Source: Octopus sinensis
Taxonomy: Eukaryota
Reading direction: 5' to 3'
DNA length: 64,000 bases
NCBI RefSeq assembly: GCF_006345805.1
Contig: NC_042998.1
Location: 27,032,001 to 27,096,000, forward strand
Shown: in pieces, positions 63,422-64,000 of the stretch
Layout: every line of letters begins with the position of its first letter
How positions within the stretch are numbered: position 1 is the stretch's first letter
The notes under the pieces: generated by a model
What the model was told of the DNA's origin: nothing
Seen by the model: the letters and a program-made list of their open reading frames with translations, nothing else
The model's database searches: none
Program-made: the position numbers and the translations under genes

Positions 63422-64000
63422 GATGAAAATAAATACAAGACTAATAGAAAAACTTTGAATATGGTGCTCCAACATGGCCACAGTCCAACAACAGAAACCA
63501 TTGTAAGAATAAATAGTAAAATATGAGTGATTGTTTATATATATACCTAAGACACACATGTTGCTGAGTCTGGTGATACAACAGATGCATGCAATACTGT
63601 GATAATCATAATAGTAAATGATTGATCTGTTGAAACAAATAATTGATAATGAAATTTGGGCGAAACAAAATATTCTGTCCATGCCTTTCCAAGCTTCCAT
63701 AACATTTATAGTCACACAAGGTTACAATGAATATTTATTAGGAATATTTTTAGATATTACAAAGCATTCAGAACATTTAATCACGAGATATTACTAAGAA
63801 AAAAAATTACAGCATTCAATATGAACACTGAAGCAATAAGTGTTTATTTGCCCATGATAATTTTAGTATTACTTTCCATTATCTGTTACTTTTAAAGTAT
63901 CCTAGTAATTTGCTTCCTTTTTCATTTTATCATATATACATGAATCAACTATTTGAGATAAGTAATGTTTAGATTAATGTCATTTTATAGCAACAATAGA

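Overview
AT-rich, repeat-saturated eukaryotic DNA with no convincing intact host gene. It reads as intergenic DNA or a large intron. The tRNA-headed SINE families, very long (TA)n/(TACA)n microsatellites and (GAT)n-tailed RTE-type ends suggest a coleoid cephalopod, probably Octopus (inferred from recalled repeat families, not a database result). Contents: many SINE copies from at least four families, RTE and CR1 LINE fragments, two TTAA piggyBac-type MITE families plus an internally deleted piggyBac, mariner, Tigger, hAT and Helitron derivatives, a 739-bp foldback element with a 6-bp TSD, a 19-unit higher-order minisatellite and several local templated duplications. The main finding is a non-coding retroelement at three loci (23.3, 45.9, 53.7 kb). 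It joins a tRNA-like Pol III head, an (AAT)n spacer and a minimal type-I hammerhead ribozyme, and each copy is inserted as a Penelope-style inverted pair with target-site duplications. At one locus the inverted partner ends at the predicted self-cleavage site. Two unrelated minimal hammerheads (46.5 kb; 61.7 kb with a U3-A8 core) and a more degenerate candidate family also occur. All long ORFs in the supplied track, apart from transposon remnants, are microsatellite or repeat artefacts. All analysis was by eye; coordinates of degenerate repeats are approximate.
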